Assembly (NCBI RefSeq): GCF_004010195.1
Contig: NC_057718.1
Span: 4,359,663 to 4,379,662, forward strand
DNA from: Chiloscyllium plagiosum
Taxonomy: Eukaryota
Direction of reading: 5' to 3'
Length of the DNA stretch: 20,000 bases
This document shows, piece by piece, positions 1-10,849 of this stretch. The notes beneath the pieces are model-generated. The model was not told the DNA's origin. It did no database searches and worked only from the letters and a program-made list of their open reading frames with translations. The position numbers and the translations under genes are program-made. Positions within the stretch are counted from its first letter, which is position 1, and each line of letters opens with the position of its first letter.

Positions 1-95
1 TTTCATGATGGGATTTAAACCCAGGTACCCCAGAGCGTTACATCAGTGTCAGGATTAACAGCTCAGCAATAATGCCACGAGGCCATCATCTCCCC
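1..95 (-). mobile_element. tRNA-derived SINE (family A), 5' head fragment
   Basis: Reverse complement reads ggggagatgatggcctcgtggcattattgc...cctgggtttaaatccc, with A-box/B-box-like motifs; matches the heads of copies at ~400, 3586 and 8800. Confidence 0.7.
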
Positions 96-346
96 AGTTC
101 AGGACTGAGATGAGGAGGAATTTCCTCAGCCAGAGAGTGGTGAGTCTGTGCAACTCATTGCTGCAGAGGCCTGTGGAGACTAAGTCATTGAGTGTATTTA
201 AAACAGAGATAGATAGGTTCTTGATTGGTAAGGGGATCAAGGGTTACAGGGAGAAGGCAGGAGAATGAAATTGAGAAACATATCAGCCATGATCGAATGG
301 CGGAGCAGACCTAATGGGCCAAATGGCCCAATTCTACTTCTACATC
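96..346 (+). mobile_element. CR1 LINE 3' end
   Basis: Translates FRTEMRRNFLSQRVVSLCNSL...VFKTEIDRFL (CR1 ORF2 C-terminus), followed by the typical gggccaaatggcc 3' UTR. Confidence 0.85.
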
Positions 347-399
347 TTGCGGTCTTAAGGTCTTGGTTTCTGACTTTCATCTCAGCATGAGTCATAAGG

Positions 400-775
400 A
401 GAGGTGAGGGCCTGGTGTTATTAATTGAATAACAATCCAGAGACACAAGCAATGGTTTCGGGTTTAAATCCTACTACTGCTGAATTTGAATTGAATAAAA
501 TAATCTATAATTAAAAGTCTAATATCAACTATGTAACCACTGCTGTTTGTTGTAAAAACCCATTTGCCTCACTAATTATCCTTTATAAAGGAAATCTGCC
601 ATCCTTACCTGGTCTGGCCTATGTGTGATTCCACACCCACAACGATGTGGTCAGCTCTTAACCCACATTCTGAAATTGCCCAGCCAGCTACTCTGTTGTA
701 TCCCAAGGGTAACTGAGGACAGCCAATAAATGGTGGCCCACCCAGCCACAGCCACATTCCCACGAGGGATGAAAT
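400..775 (+). mobile_element. tRNA-derived SINE (family A)
   Basis: Core ggaaatctgccatccttacctggtctggcct and tail caataaatggtggcc shared with copies at 2455, 3586 and 8800. Confidence 0.8.
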
Positions 776-1049
776 CAATGTCGGAGGATCCTGAGAGATG
801 TTGATTGGGAAAAGGGGAGAAATTTGTGGCCTGAGGAAGAAGGGAATCGACTCATTTTTAATAGCTTGGCATGAGAATCTGATGAGACATTGGAGCAGGC
901 AAGTTTTCACTAAGGCTCAGGAGAGATGTTCACTGCCAAGATCAACAGGACCATTTCAACAGCAACATTTCCCTGAGGCCTTTAACTTTGTTCCGGAGCT
1001 CCAGAGCTTAATGTTGTTGTTATGTACATGGCCTGAGCAATCACAATAA

Positions 1050-1390
1050 AATATGAACTCAAACCCCAGCGGGGGCAGTTTGGAAAATTGAATCCAGTTA
1101 AAACCCGGAAATGGAAGCTGCTACCAGTAAAAAAAACTGTAAGGATGTCAGTCAATCCTAAAATCCAGTCACTTGATGTCCTTTAGGGAGAGAGACCAGC
1201 TGTCCTTACCCAGTCCACACTTTATGGAATTTCAGACCCTTGCCAACTTGAGTCTCTCGTAACTGACCTCTGATGCAATTGAGCAAACTGCTCATTTATA
1301 CCAAACTGTGGCTGCAGCTCACTAACTTCTCAGCATGGACAATAACTACCAGCTTTACCAACGACTCTGAGCTGCTGGGATAATGAGTGG
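1050..1390 (+). mobile_element. Old, diverged family-A-like SINE
   Basis: tgtcctttagggagagagaccagctgtccttacccagtcc resembles the family A core. Confidence 0.5.
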
Positions 1391-2084
1391 GAATCTATTG
1401 TGTTGGTCAGTGTTTTACTGCTGATGTAGAAATCTGGAAACATATACATTTGAAAGCTATTTTCTGATGACTTCAGGATAAGAGGTATCCCAGAGTAACC
1501 ACTGCTTGATTACAGTAAACAATTCTGTGTTGGCTGTGGAATGTTGGCGAGTTTGAGAGAGGGGGTGCTGTGGGATGACTGGGTGAGGTCATGACTAGCT
1601 CAGAACAAAACAATCCCTCATTTTGTAAAAATTGTGTTGTTAATCTTCAAATCTCCACTTTCCTTCCATTCTCATCCACCTTTACTGGTCCCTACTGGTG
1701 TAGAGATCCCTGCAGAATCTGGCTTAACTTCACCGCACCCCAATTCTCATTGACATTTTTGGCTATAGGGAGGCTGAAGGGAATCACAGTTCATCCTCAC
1801 GTGATACTGAGCCAGACATGACATGAAGACACGATGTGAGTCAGGGAAGGAACCTTGGCTGAACCCCAGTGAAACTGAGCACAGTATGGCTAGAGTCCAG
1901 CTGGAATAACTCCTGCACAGTGTCTGTGGCAGCTGTCTGTAAGAGCAGGGCTTTAATAAAAGACCTTGTGGTGCATTTGGATTGGCATCAGCTCAGAATT
2001 AAGCAGCAACTTACTGGGAAAATGGAATAAAAGGAAGACTTACATTTACATAGAGCCTTATCATAATCCAAAAAATTACAGGTT

Positions 2085-2450
2085 CTTTTTTATTTGTTCA
2101 GAGGTCATGGATGTCACTGGCCAGACCAGCATTTATTGCCCATCCCTAGTTGCCCTTGAGAAAGTGGTTGTGAGCTGCTTGCTTGAACCGATGCAGTCCA
2201 TGTGTTGTAGGTTGACCCACATGCCCTTGGGGAGGGAATTCCAGGATTTTGATCCAGCGACAGTGAAGGAACAGCAATATATTTCCAAGTCAGGATGGTG
2301 AGTGGCTTGCAGGGGGATTGTAAGTGATGAGGTTCCCATGGATCTGACGCTTTTGGTCTTTGAGACGGTTAATGTCATTGGTTTGGAACGTGCTGTCGAA
2401 GAAGATTAACCCCAATTCTTTTGCAGGTGAATTTCTGCAGTGCATTTTAT
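2085..2450 (-). mobile_element. L2/CR1-like LINE 3' end (tail shared with SINE family A)
   Basis: ORF fragment SFTVAGSKSWNSLP; tail gggcaataaatgctgg; homologous to 7640-8127. Confidence 0.75.
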
Positions 2451-2454
2451 AGAT

Positions 2455-2730
2455 TTTTTATTCATGTATGGAAAGTGGACACCCATCCCTAATTGCCCTT
2501 GATCTGAGTGGCTTGCTCATTCGTGTGGGTCTGGAGTCACATGCAGTATAAGCCATGTGACTCCAGACCAGGTAAGGATGGCAGATTTCACTCTGTCTGG
2601 GAGATTTCTTTTACAACAATTGACAGTGGTCACATCCTCACCATTTCAATTTCAGATATTTATTGTATGTAAATTTTAGCATCTGCCCTGTTGGGATTCG
2701 AACACAGGTCCCTGGAACATTAGCCTTGAG
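2455..2730 (-). mobile_element. tRNA-derived SINE (family A), contains a perfect 16-bp hairpin
   Basis: ccagaccaggtaaggatggcagatttc is the reverse complement of the family core; B-box-like gggattcgaacac near 2693-2705. Confidence 0.75.
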
Positions 2731-2731
2731 T

Positions 2732-3570
2732 TAGAGAGTCAAAGAGTCATTTACAGCATGGAAGCAGACCGTTTGGTCCAGCCCGTCCATGCCGACCAAA
2801 CATCCTAAATTAATCTAGTCCAATTTGCCAGCATTTGGCCTGTATCCCTCTGAACCCTTCTTATTCATATACCCATCCAGAAGCGTTTTAAATGCTGTAA
2901 TTGTACCAGCCTCTACCACTTCCTCTGGCAGCTCATTCCATATATACACCACCCTCTGTGTGAAAATGTTGCCCCTACGGTCCCTTTTAAATCTTTCCCT
3001 CTCACCATAAACTTATGCCCTCTGGTTCTGGACACCCTCATCCTAGGGAAAAGACCTTTTCTGTTTATCCTAACCATGCTCCTCATGATTTTATAAACCT
3101 CTATAAGGTCACCCCTCAGCCTCTGACGCTCCAGGAAAAACAGACCCATCCAGATACCTTTTAAATGTTGTAATTGTTCCGGCCTCCACCACTTCTTCTG
3201 GCAGTTCATTCCAGACATGCAACACTCTCTGCTTGAACGATTTGCCTCTTAGGTCCCTTTTCAATCTTTCCCATCTCACCTTAGTTTTGGTCTCCCCTAC
3301 GCTGGAGAAAAGACCTTGGCTGTTCATCCTATCCATGACCCCGATGATTTTGTAAACCTCTATAACATCACCCCTCAATCTCCGATGCTCCAGGGAAAAC
3401 AGCCCCAGCCTGTTCAGCCTCTCCCTATAGCTCAAATCCTCCAACTCTAGCAACATCCTTCTAGCTCTTTTCTGGACCCTTTCTAGTTATACAACATCCT
3501 TCCTATTGCAGGAAGACTAGAACTGAACACAGTATTCCAAAAGTGGCCTAACCAATGTCCTGTACAGTTC
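2732..3570 (-). mobile_element. CR1 LINE 3' part with internal tandem duplication
   Basis: ORFs give [30 protein letters not shown] and [13 protein letters not shown]...RTRGHKF; segment 2871-3143 is repeated at 3144-3402. Confidence 0.9.
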
Positions 3571-3585
3571 TGGATTACCAGCCCA

Positions 3586-3938
3586 GTAGGTGATAGCCTT
3601 TCGGCATCATCATTAGTCTATTAATCCAGAGGCTCACGTAATGTCCCAGGGACCCAGATTTGAATCCTGCCATAGCAGATAATTCTATAATAATCTGGAA
3701 ATAACAGTCTAACAATAACCATGAAACTATTGCTGAGTGTTGGGAAATACCCATCTGGGTCACTAATGGCCTTTCGGGAAGGAAACTGTCATCCTTACCT
3801 GGTCTGGCCTACGTGTGACTCCAAACCCACAGCAGTGTGACTGACTCCTAATTGCTTCCTGGGTAATTAGGGATGGGCAATAAATGCCATTCCAGCCATA
3901 TGGTGATGACTATATCCCATGAATGATTTTATTAAAAA
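3586..3938 (+). mobile_element. tRNA-derived SINE (family A), near full length
   Basis: tRNA-like head, ccttacctggtctggcct core, gggatgggcaataaatgc tail, A-rich end. Confidence 0.85.
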
Positions 3939-3979
3939 GCCCAGTGACATTGTCATTCATCCACTATGTCCCCTGTGTT

Positions 3980-4130
3980 TCACACTGCTGCTACTGAGTG
4001 TGGGTGGTGGAGGGAGTGGATGCTTGTGGATGTAGTGTCAATCAATTGGGCTACTTTGTCCTGAATGGGGAAAGCTTCCTGACTTCTGCTGGAGCTGCCC
4101 TCATTTGAATAAACAGCACTCGAGACATTG
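3980..4130 (-). mobile_element. L2/CR1-like LINE ORF2 fragment
   Basis: IQDKVAQLIDTTSTSIHSLHH matches IQDKAVHLFSTTSTSPYSLHR at 7665-7865. Confidence 0.7.
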
Positions 4131-4279
4131 ACTCTATCTGGGACAATGCAGCCCAGTGGATCAGCACCACTGTTGTGTGGGAAAGGGCAGTGACCAGAAG
4201 GGGCACAACATACACAAGTAAATGGTTGATCAGTGTTTGGTGCTTTCAGTTGATGGAAGAATGAATGGGGATGAAAATA

Positions 4280-4480
4280 GGAGATCACCCTCATCTGCTT
4301 CAAAGAATGAAATGGGATCCTCCTCACTCACCAGCAGAGATGGATGGGATCTCTCTGTTGTGTGATCTGAAAATACCACATCTCTTAATGTCTCTGTACC
4401 AGAGCAACAGCTGAGGTCAGGTGCTGAGTCCCAAAGTACAGACTGGAATTTCTGGCTCATAATGTGCAGAGATCAGACTG
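4280..4480 (-). mobile_element. Highly diverged Deu-domain (SacSINE1/AmnSINE-like) SINE
   Basis: atgggatcctcctcactcacc...tgatctgaaaataccacatctc resembles the recalled Deu-domain reverse complement; weak by-eye similarity. Confidence 0.4.
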
Positions 4481-4526
4481 ACAACCTGCAGACGTGCAGA
4501 TCATGCTAAATCACCAATGAATCTGA

Positions 4527-4820
4527 GGGGGGCTCAGTGGTTAGCACAGTTGCCTCACAGGGACCTGGGTTCAATTCCACCCTTGGGTGACTATCTGTGT
4601 GGAGCTTGCACATTCTTCTTGTGTCTGCATGGGTTTCCTCCCACAGTCCAAAAATGTGCAGGTTATGTGGATTTGCCATGCTAAATTGCCCATATTGTTC
4701 AGGGATTTGCAGGCTAGGTGGATTACCATGGGCAATGCAGGGTTATTGGGTGGGTGGGATACTTTTCAGAGGGTCAGTGGGGACTTGATGGGTTGAATGG
4801 CCTGCTGCAGTGATTCTACG
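4527..4820 (+). mobile_element. HE1-like V-SINE
   Basis: ggctcagtggttagcac A-box, gggttcaattcc B-box, V-domain-like tgtgtggagcttgcacattct...ggtttcctcccacagtccaaa, CR1-type tail gggttgaatggcctg. Confidence 0.85.
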
Positions 4821-4870
4821 AATTGAAGGGTTTTGTTGACAGCATCTTGTAATATAATTTTATTTTTCAG

Positions 4871-4929
4871 TTATCTGCACCTCAGACACATTTACAAATG
4901 AGAGGAATTTTATCAGCAGTGATTGTGAG
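4871..4929 (+). other. Candidate 59-nt internal exon of an unidentified gene
   Basis: Acceptor ataattttatttttcag| and donor gag|gtaagg in non-repeat sequence; two frames open (ICTSDTFTNERNFISSDCE or LSAPQTHLQMRGILSAVIV). Confidence 0.35.
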
Positions 4930-5339
4930 GTAAGGGTTAGCTCTATTCCAGCCTGGAATCTCCTATCAGTGATAACGTAAAGGCAGGGTGACAGTCAGTG
5001 CAGAATAATCTCAAACTCAGTGTAGTGGAGCTAATTAGTGCATGATTCACGTTTTCTGTAAGCCTCGACATGTTACATAATCAACAGTGATTTCTATGTT
5101 GTTAAGATTGAATGGGTCCTGGTGTTGTTGATTTGTCTGCTTGCACAAAGGGCCTTTATAAATTGAAAAACTCTGTCATGAGACAAGTTTCATTGTTTAA
5201 AAGAACCACTGCAGACTGATGGCCAGAGAGACGCATAATGAGATATCAGGATTAAATGAAGAACTTTGGATTTTTTCTGACCCTGTTAGAATCCCCAGAT
5301 AGTGTCTTCAACAAGATAGGTTTATTTCGAGAAAGAAGA

Positions 5340-5450
5340 AAAGAACATGAAATGACAAGGTGCCTTTGATGACTTCAGAGTGCAGTCAAAGGTTTCACAG
5401 CCAACAAGTTACATGCAAATTGTGGTTAATGCTGATGGTAATGCCAGAAC
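5340..5450 (-). mobile_element. Diverged Deu-SINE/L2-type 3' tail
   Basis: gcctttgatgacttcagagtgcagtcaaaggtttcacagccaa resembles the recalled tail consensus. Confidence 0.35.
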
Positions 5451-5654
5451 TGAACCTTAAGCTTGGGGAGTGGGGGATAGGTGGGGAGCAGGGTCTGAGA
5501 GAAGGGTAGAGGCAAAGCAGGGGCCAAGGAAAAGACTGTCTATTTATCCTATCCATGCCCCTCATGATTTTATAAACCTCTTTAAGGTCACCCCTCAGCC
5601 TCCGATGCTCCAGGAAAAACAGCCCCAGCTTATTCAGCCTCTCTGTAGCGCAAA

Positions 5655-6001
5655 TTAGATTAGATTACGTTTAGATTAGATTAGATTATTAGATTACTTT
5701 ACTGTGTGGAAACAGGCCCTTCGGCCCAACAAGTCCACACCGACCGCCGAAGCGTAACCCACCCCTACCCCTACATTTACATTTACCCCTTACCTAACAC
5801 TACGGACAATTTAGCATGGCCAATTCACCTGACCTGCACATCTTTGGACTGTGGGAGGAAACCGGAGCACCCGGAGGAAACCCACGCAGACACGGGGAGA
5901 ACGTGCAAACTCCACACAGTCAGTCGCCTGAGGCGGGAATTGAACCCGGGTCTCTGACGCTGCGAGGTACCAGTGCTAACCACTGGGCCACGGTGCTGCC
6001 C
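5655..6001 (-). mobile_element. Young full-length HE1-like V-SINE with pentamer tail (ttaga repeats on + strand)
   Basis: Head gggcagcaccgtggcccagtggttagcactg...ccgggttcaattcccgcc, CpG retained, tail repeats at 5655-5697, possible caaat target-site duplication. Confidence 0.9.
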
Positions 6002-6050
6002 ACAAATCCTCCAACCCTGGCAACATCCTTGTAAATCTTTTCAGAACTCT

Positions 6051-6082
6051 TCCTGAAGAAGGGCTTATGCCCGAAACGTCGA
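6051..6082 (+). ncRNA. Minimal hammerhead ribozyme motif, core intact
   Basis: CTGAAGA(6053-6059)-A-GGGC-TTAT-GCCC-GAAA-C-GTC(6078-6080); palindromic ACGT at stem III. Confidence 0.75.
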
Positions 6083-6140
6083 TTCTCCTGTTCCCTGGAT
6101 GCTGCCTGACCTGCTGCGCTTTTCCAGCAACACATTTCCA
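6052..6140 (+). mobile_element. ~90-bp PLE-terminus-derived unit flanked by a 28-bp direct duplication
   Basis: gcaacatccttgtaaatcttttcagaac at 6020-6047 and 6141-6168; body homologous to 12932-13028 and 19635-19777. Confidence 0.8.
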
Positions 6141-6319
6141 GCAACATCCTTGTAAATCTTTTCAGAACCCTTTCAAGTTTCACAACATCCTTCCGATAGC
6201 AAGGAGACCAGAATTGTACAATATTCCAAAACTGGCCTAACCAATGTCCTTTACAGCCACAACATGACCTCCCAACTCCTGAGATCAATGCTCTGATGAC
6301 TCGATGACTCTAATGAGAC

Positions 6320-7042
6320 TCAGCTGGAGTATTGTGTATGGATGGCACTACATCCATAGGGAAGTTGTGAATACATTGGACAGAGAGTATAGAAACGATT
6401 TACAAGAACAGTTCCAGGGATGAGAAATGTCAGTGATGAGGGAGAGATTGAAACAGTTCTCCTCAGAGAGAGGAAGGCTGTGAAGAGATTTGTTAAATGT
6501 AGGAGCACATTACTGCAGATGCTGGAATCTGTGCTGAACACAACAAATGCTGGAGATCACAGCAGGTCAGGCAGCATCCATAGAGAAAGAACAAGCTAAC
6601 GTTTCAAGTCTAGATGACTCTTCATTAGAGCTGAAGTGAAATGTGGAAGGGGCAGCACTGATGCAATAGTGGTGGGGGGGAGGCGAGGTGCTGGCAGAGA
6701 AAGGATGTTGATAGTTCACATTAAGTGATTGGAATGTGAGGCTGGTTAGGGTAGATGGGAGAAGTTATTCCCACTCATAAAGGAAACACAACCAAGAGGG
6801 CTTAGATTTAAAGTGATTTGTTAGTGGTTAGGATGTGGAGTGCACTGCCTGGAAACGTGGTGAAGGCAGGTTCAATGGAGACATTGAAGAAGGGCATTGG
6901 CTGATTATTTGGATAGAAATAGTGTGTAAGGGTTTGCGGGACAAGCAGGGAATTGCCATTCAGTAATGATGCTCGTTTGAACAGCCAGTGTAGTCATGAT
7001 GGGCTGAATGGCCTCCGCCTTCGCTGGAACAATTCTGCGACT
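6320..7042 (+). mobile_element. Old CR1 3' part, interrupted by a PLE terminus
   Basis: cagctggagtattgtgt..., tggagtgcactgcctgga, gggctgaatggcctcc tail; similar to 15795-16095. Confidence 0.7.
6500..6740 (-). mobile_element. PLE-type terminus with decayed hammerhead (6594-6632)
   Basis: Shares tgctgga...cagcaggtcaggcagcatcc with 19635-19777; minus strand reads AGCT-CTAATGA-A-GAGTC-ATCTA-GACTT-GAAAC-GTT-AGCT (G5 mutated). Confidence 0.7.
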
Positions 7043-7639
7043 TTGAATCCAATTGTACGATTTGGTGGGGTGTATCTTGAGCTTATCTGTGCCACAGTTT
7101 ATCTGAATGTTCCCACATCCCAGCACTAGGGGGGGAGCAAATGAACCCTTTTCACACTGACGATGGGTCACAAACTACCAACAGGAAAGTTCTGTGGGAC
7201 ACAGCCTTCGAAAGGAAACATAGGGACACAGCCAATATCGTTGTAACTCTGACTTTGACTGACTCCTTGAAAGGATGTTTGAAACAAAATGAGATCAGTC
7301 ACTGTCTCTGGAAATGAAGGATCACATTTTATCTTTTTCCCTTTTCAACTGAACTGCAATTGATTGGTTCCTACATCCCATGGCCCCAGACCAGGTTATA
7401 TACAGGCCTGTCTCAACCAAGGCGAAGCTGTGGGTCCAGAAAATACACAGCATGATCCAAACTGTTAGGCCCTCCTGTGACCACTCCCTCAGTTTCAACA
7501 GTAATGAGAAAATCTCTGTTTTGAAATGAGCCCAAACAATTTGCAGGGGAAAGTGGAAGTTCAAGTCTGTCCTCAACGCTTGGATATTAGGAGTTGGGAT
7601 TGTGCCTTAGACTTACATCACAGTTGAGCAACAAACTCT

Positions 7640-8127
7640 AATTACTCCACACTTATCTGGATGAGTGCGGCTCAAAAAGACATTGAAGATATTTGACACC
7701 ATCCAGGACAAAGCAGTGCACTTGTTCAGCACTACATCCACAAGCCCCTACTCCCTCCACCGCCAACGCTCAGTTGTACTACCTACAAGATGCACTGCAG
7801 AAATACACCAACAAGCCTCAGGCAGCACCTTCCAAACCCATGACCGTTTTTATCTAGAAGGGTAAGGGCAATAAGTACATGGGAACACCACTCCTTGCAA
7901 GTTGTGCTCCAAGCCACTCACCATCTTGACTTGGAAATTATTCCGTTTCTTCACTGTCGCTGGGGCAAAATCATGAAACTCCCTCCCTAAATGCATTATG
8001 TGTCTACCTACAGCACATGGACTGCAGTGGTTCAAGAAGCACCAGCATCTTGGCAAGGGACAACTAGGTACGGGCAATAAATGCTGGCCCAGCGAGCTTG
8101 TCATTACATGAAAGAATTAAACAAAAG
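7640..8127 (+). mobile_element. L2/CR1-like LINE 3' end
   Basis: Frameshifted ORF2 remnant (FDTIQDKAVHL) and tail gggcaataaatgctggcc shared with SINE family A. Confidence 0.8.
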
Positions 8128-8639
8128 CCCACAATCCTCTCTGACTGGATCTCACACAAGGAATGAGGTCTTCGTTTCCGAACAGATCCATTTATGCAAC
8201 AACATTGCCACGGTAACCAGGATTGTTTGAATACAGAGTTACAGTCAGAAGTGCAATTGCAGTATCAAAATGTTTCATCTGCCAGATGCTGTGAATGTTT
8301 AGAAAGGTCGAGCTGACTGGATCCAGGGTGTGTGCTGCCAGGTTGATTCAGACTGGGTCTGACAGTGATCAGAGAAAGACTTTAGTCCCAGCCTAAGGTG
8401 AGACAGATCCAGTCATGGGAAAAATGACAACATCCTGACAGATCTGAGCTGGCACTGTGAATCGTTCTTGAACAGATGAATGAAGATGGGAAAAGCAAAC
8501 ATGGAACGATTAAACTGATAAGAAGCATAATGAACAGAAGGATGATTGTTGCTGCTGGACCAGACTCCAGGCTTCATAATCCCAGAGAACAGGAGCTTAA
8601 GTACCATGCTGAACAATCCGAGAATGTGAATGTGATTTA

Positions 8640-8797
8640 AACAGAAGTGAAATAGTTGGAGTCAGTAAAAATGACGAAAAATGCAGCATTGTCATTAATT
8701 CGTAACCATTCAGTCATGTCTGTTTTCCAAAGCAAACCTACTGTTCTTACACAGGTTGGGCTCTTTGTGACTCCAAACCCATCCCAAACTGGTTGAT
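8640..8797 (+). mobile_element. Diverged family-A-like SINE fragment
   Basis: ctgttcttacacaggttgggctctttgtgactccaaaccca resembles the family core. Confidence 0.45.
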
Positions 8798-8799
8798 GA

Positions 8800-9139
8800 G
8801 GAGGAATCAGGGTGAGGCAGTAATCCTGAGTCCCAGGCTATTGTTCTGCAGTCATGGGTTTGAATGCTATCAGGGCAGATGGTAGAATTTGAATTCATTC
8901 TGGAATCAAAATCTAACCCAATGTTAACCATAAAAAGACCATTAATTGTTATAAAAACTCATTGGGTTCACTCATGGCCATTGGGGAAGGACATCTTGCT
9001 GTGCTTACCTGGTCTGGTCTATGTGACTCTAGACCCTCAGCAACGTAGTTAACTCTTAATTCCCCTCCAGGCAATTAAGGATGGACAATAAATGCTGACC
9101 CAGCCAACGATGCCCATATACAATGAATGAATGAAAAAA
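8800..9139 (+). mobile_element. tRNA-derived SINE (family A)
   Basis: gggtttgaat B-box-like motif, cttacctggtctggtctatgtgactc core, ggacaataaatgctg tail, tgaatgaatgaaaaaa end. Confidence 0.85.
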
Positions 9140-9870
9140 CCCTAGGCCATACAGTCTCCCACCCAGGTTATACCCATGGTCCAGCTGAATGGCAAAGATG
9201 CCAATTTTGTGCCCACAGCACTGACCACCAGCCAATCAATGATAACTCGGATCCAAATCTGACACTGACTATCACAAAACCATCATGCCAATAGTTCATT
9301 GTATGCTTTGGGAAAAAAAACCTCTCCCCATCAGAAAACTGAAATGGCTTCGTTCGTTCATTTCGTTGCTGTCATTAGAACTTTCTCTGCACAAATTGGG
9401 TGACACATTTAGCTACATTGCAATGGATGACTATTAAAAGTTTGCTGAATTTAATGCATCTATTTGCAATCCTGGGATTTGCTCCTCGACTCGATCAAGA
9501 GGTTGCCGAGCAAGCAAAAGTGTAGCACCAGGTTACAACAGGTAAGGCCATAAAACCATAAAATCTAGGATCAGAATTAGGCCATTCAGCCCATCGAGGC
9601 TACACCAGCATTTGATCATGGCTGTTATGTTTCTTAAACTCCTTCTCCCCATAACCCTTGATGCCCTTACCAATCAAGAATGATCTATGTTTAAGTTAAA
9701 TGTACTCAATGATTTGGCCTCTGCAGCCCTCAGTAGCAATAAGCACCACAAAGCCACTTCCCTCTGGCTGAAGAAATTCCTCCGTGGTATGTAACTCTTA
9801 TACCTATTATGTTATTCCAGCTGTATGGTATCTAGCACCACCTTACTTTTAATTTTTGTGATTATCTCTC

Positions 9871-10140
9871 TGTCTCATACGCAGGCAACAATGTTCCAAG
9901 GCATGATATATTGGCAAAACCAAGCAGACGCTACGACAACGGATGAATGGACACAACACAACAATCGCCAGAGAGGAATGTTCCCTCCCAGTGGGGCAGC
10001 ACTTCAACGGTCTAGAACATTCAGCTTCGGATCTTCAGGTGACCATCCTCCAAGGTGGACTTCAGGATACACACCAATGGAGAGTTGCCAAGCAGAGACT
10101 GATAGCCAAGCTTGATACCCATAAGGATGGCTTCAACCTG
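9871..10140 (+). pseudogene. Penelope-like element GIY-YIG endonuclease C-terminal remnant
   Basis: One frame reads CLIRRQQCSKA*YIGKTKQTLRQRMNGH...PVGQHFN...H...GFN; in-frame TGA at 9904-9906 just before YIG. Confidence 0.85.
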
Positions 10141-10164
10141 GTTCATGTCGCACTGTAGGTGACC

Positions 10165-10357
10165 CCACTACACTACACACTCACACACACACTCTTACAC
10201 ATCACACACTCACACTATATCAAGCACATACACACACTCACATTCACATGCACGCACTCACACACTCTCTCTTTCCCACACATATTGAGTTTTTCTGTCC
10301 CCCTCACACATGCACACACACACACATGTACACACACACGTGCACGCACATACACAT
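10165..10357. repeat. Degenerate (CA)n tract within the PLE 3' region
   Basis: Interrupted CA dinucleotide runs. Confidence 0.9.
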
Positions 10358-10369
10358 GAATATAAGTCT

Positions 10370-10846
10370 ATGGGGTGATTTGTATTTGCAGATAAATTTT
10401 ATTTTGTTCAAAAAACACACAATCTGTAGGCACAATGTGGAGGCAGTCAGTCCATGTGACATTTATAAATTCCTACTTGGAAATAGAACCAGTCTGACTC
10501 AAGGTTGTGATACCTCACACCTTTAATGAATTGATTGAACTGAGATGTCATTTTTTTATTTATACTGATAAAACCTTAAGTTATCTCAGGACAGTGACTT
10601 GAGAGAAGTTCTGGGATTTACATATTAACTGCATTCACATTCTAGGTGATTAAAGACATAACAGCAATCTAGGTTTGTTCAATACACCACCTCAGTTGTA
10701 TGACACCTTGATCTTTTACTATATATTCTGTGTCCTATGATCTTGCCTCACTACCTTCCCGACAAAGGAATAGTGCTCTGAAAGCTTGTATAGTACTCCC
10801 AAATAAACTTGTTGGAGTATAACTTGGAGTTGTGTGACTTTTAACT
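10370..10846 (+). mobile_element. PLE 3' UTR/pseudo-LTR with degenerate hammerhead (~10759-10790)
   Basis: Homologous to 12187-12550 (aaaaccttaagttatctc, gttctgggatttac, aaataaacttgttgga). Confidence 0.8.
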
Positions 10847-10849
10847 CAA

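Larger units (their letters stand above)
5527..6295 (-). mobile_element. CR1 LINE fragment, interrupted by an HE1-like SINE and a hammerhead unit
   Basis: VQFWSPCYRKDVVKLERVLKRFTRM motif; collinear with 3310-3570 once the two insertions are removed. Confidence 0.85.

Noticed and set aside
1465..1485. CTGATGA motifs here and near 6293
   Set aside because: No stem II plus GAAA downstream, so not hammerheads
1769..1835. Possible exon (ctatag| ... |gtgagt)
   Set aside because: Stop codons in all three frames and no other support
4527..4585. tRNA genes (also 5930-6001 and 3586-3675)
   Set aside because: These are tRNA-derived SINE heads continuous with SINE bodies; no complete cloverleaf
7322..8616. 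Short ORFs in non-repeat sequence (7322-7576, 8413-8616)
   Set aside because: No recognisable domain or convincing splice pair; lengths compatible with chance
9515..9545. Short match to the inverted PLE terminus (caccaggtta...caacaggt)
   Set aside because: Too short and gapped to call by eye
9825..10115. ORF with a signal-peptide-like N-terminus
   Set aside because: Alternate frame of the PLE GIY-YIG remnant; hydrophobic start comes from T-rich sequence
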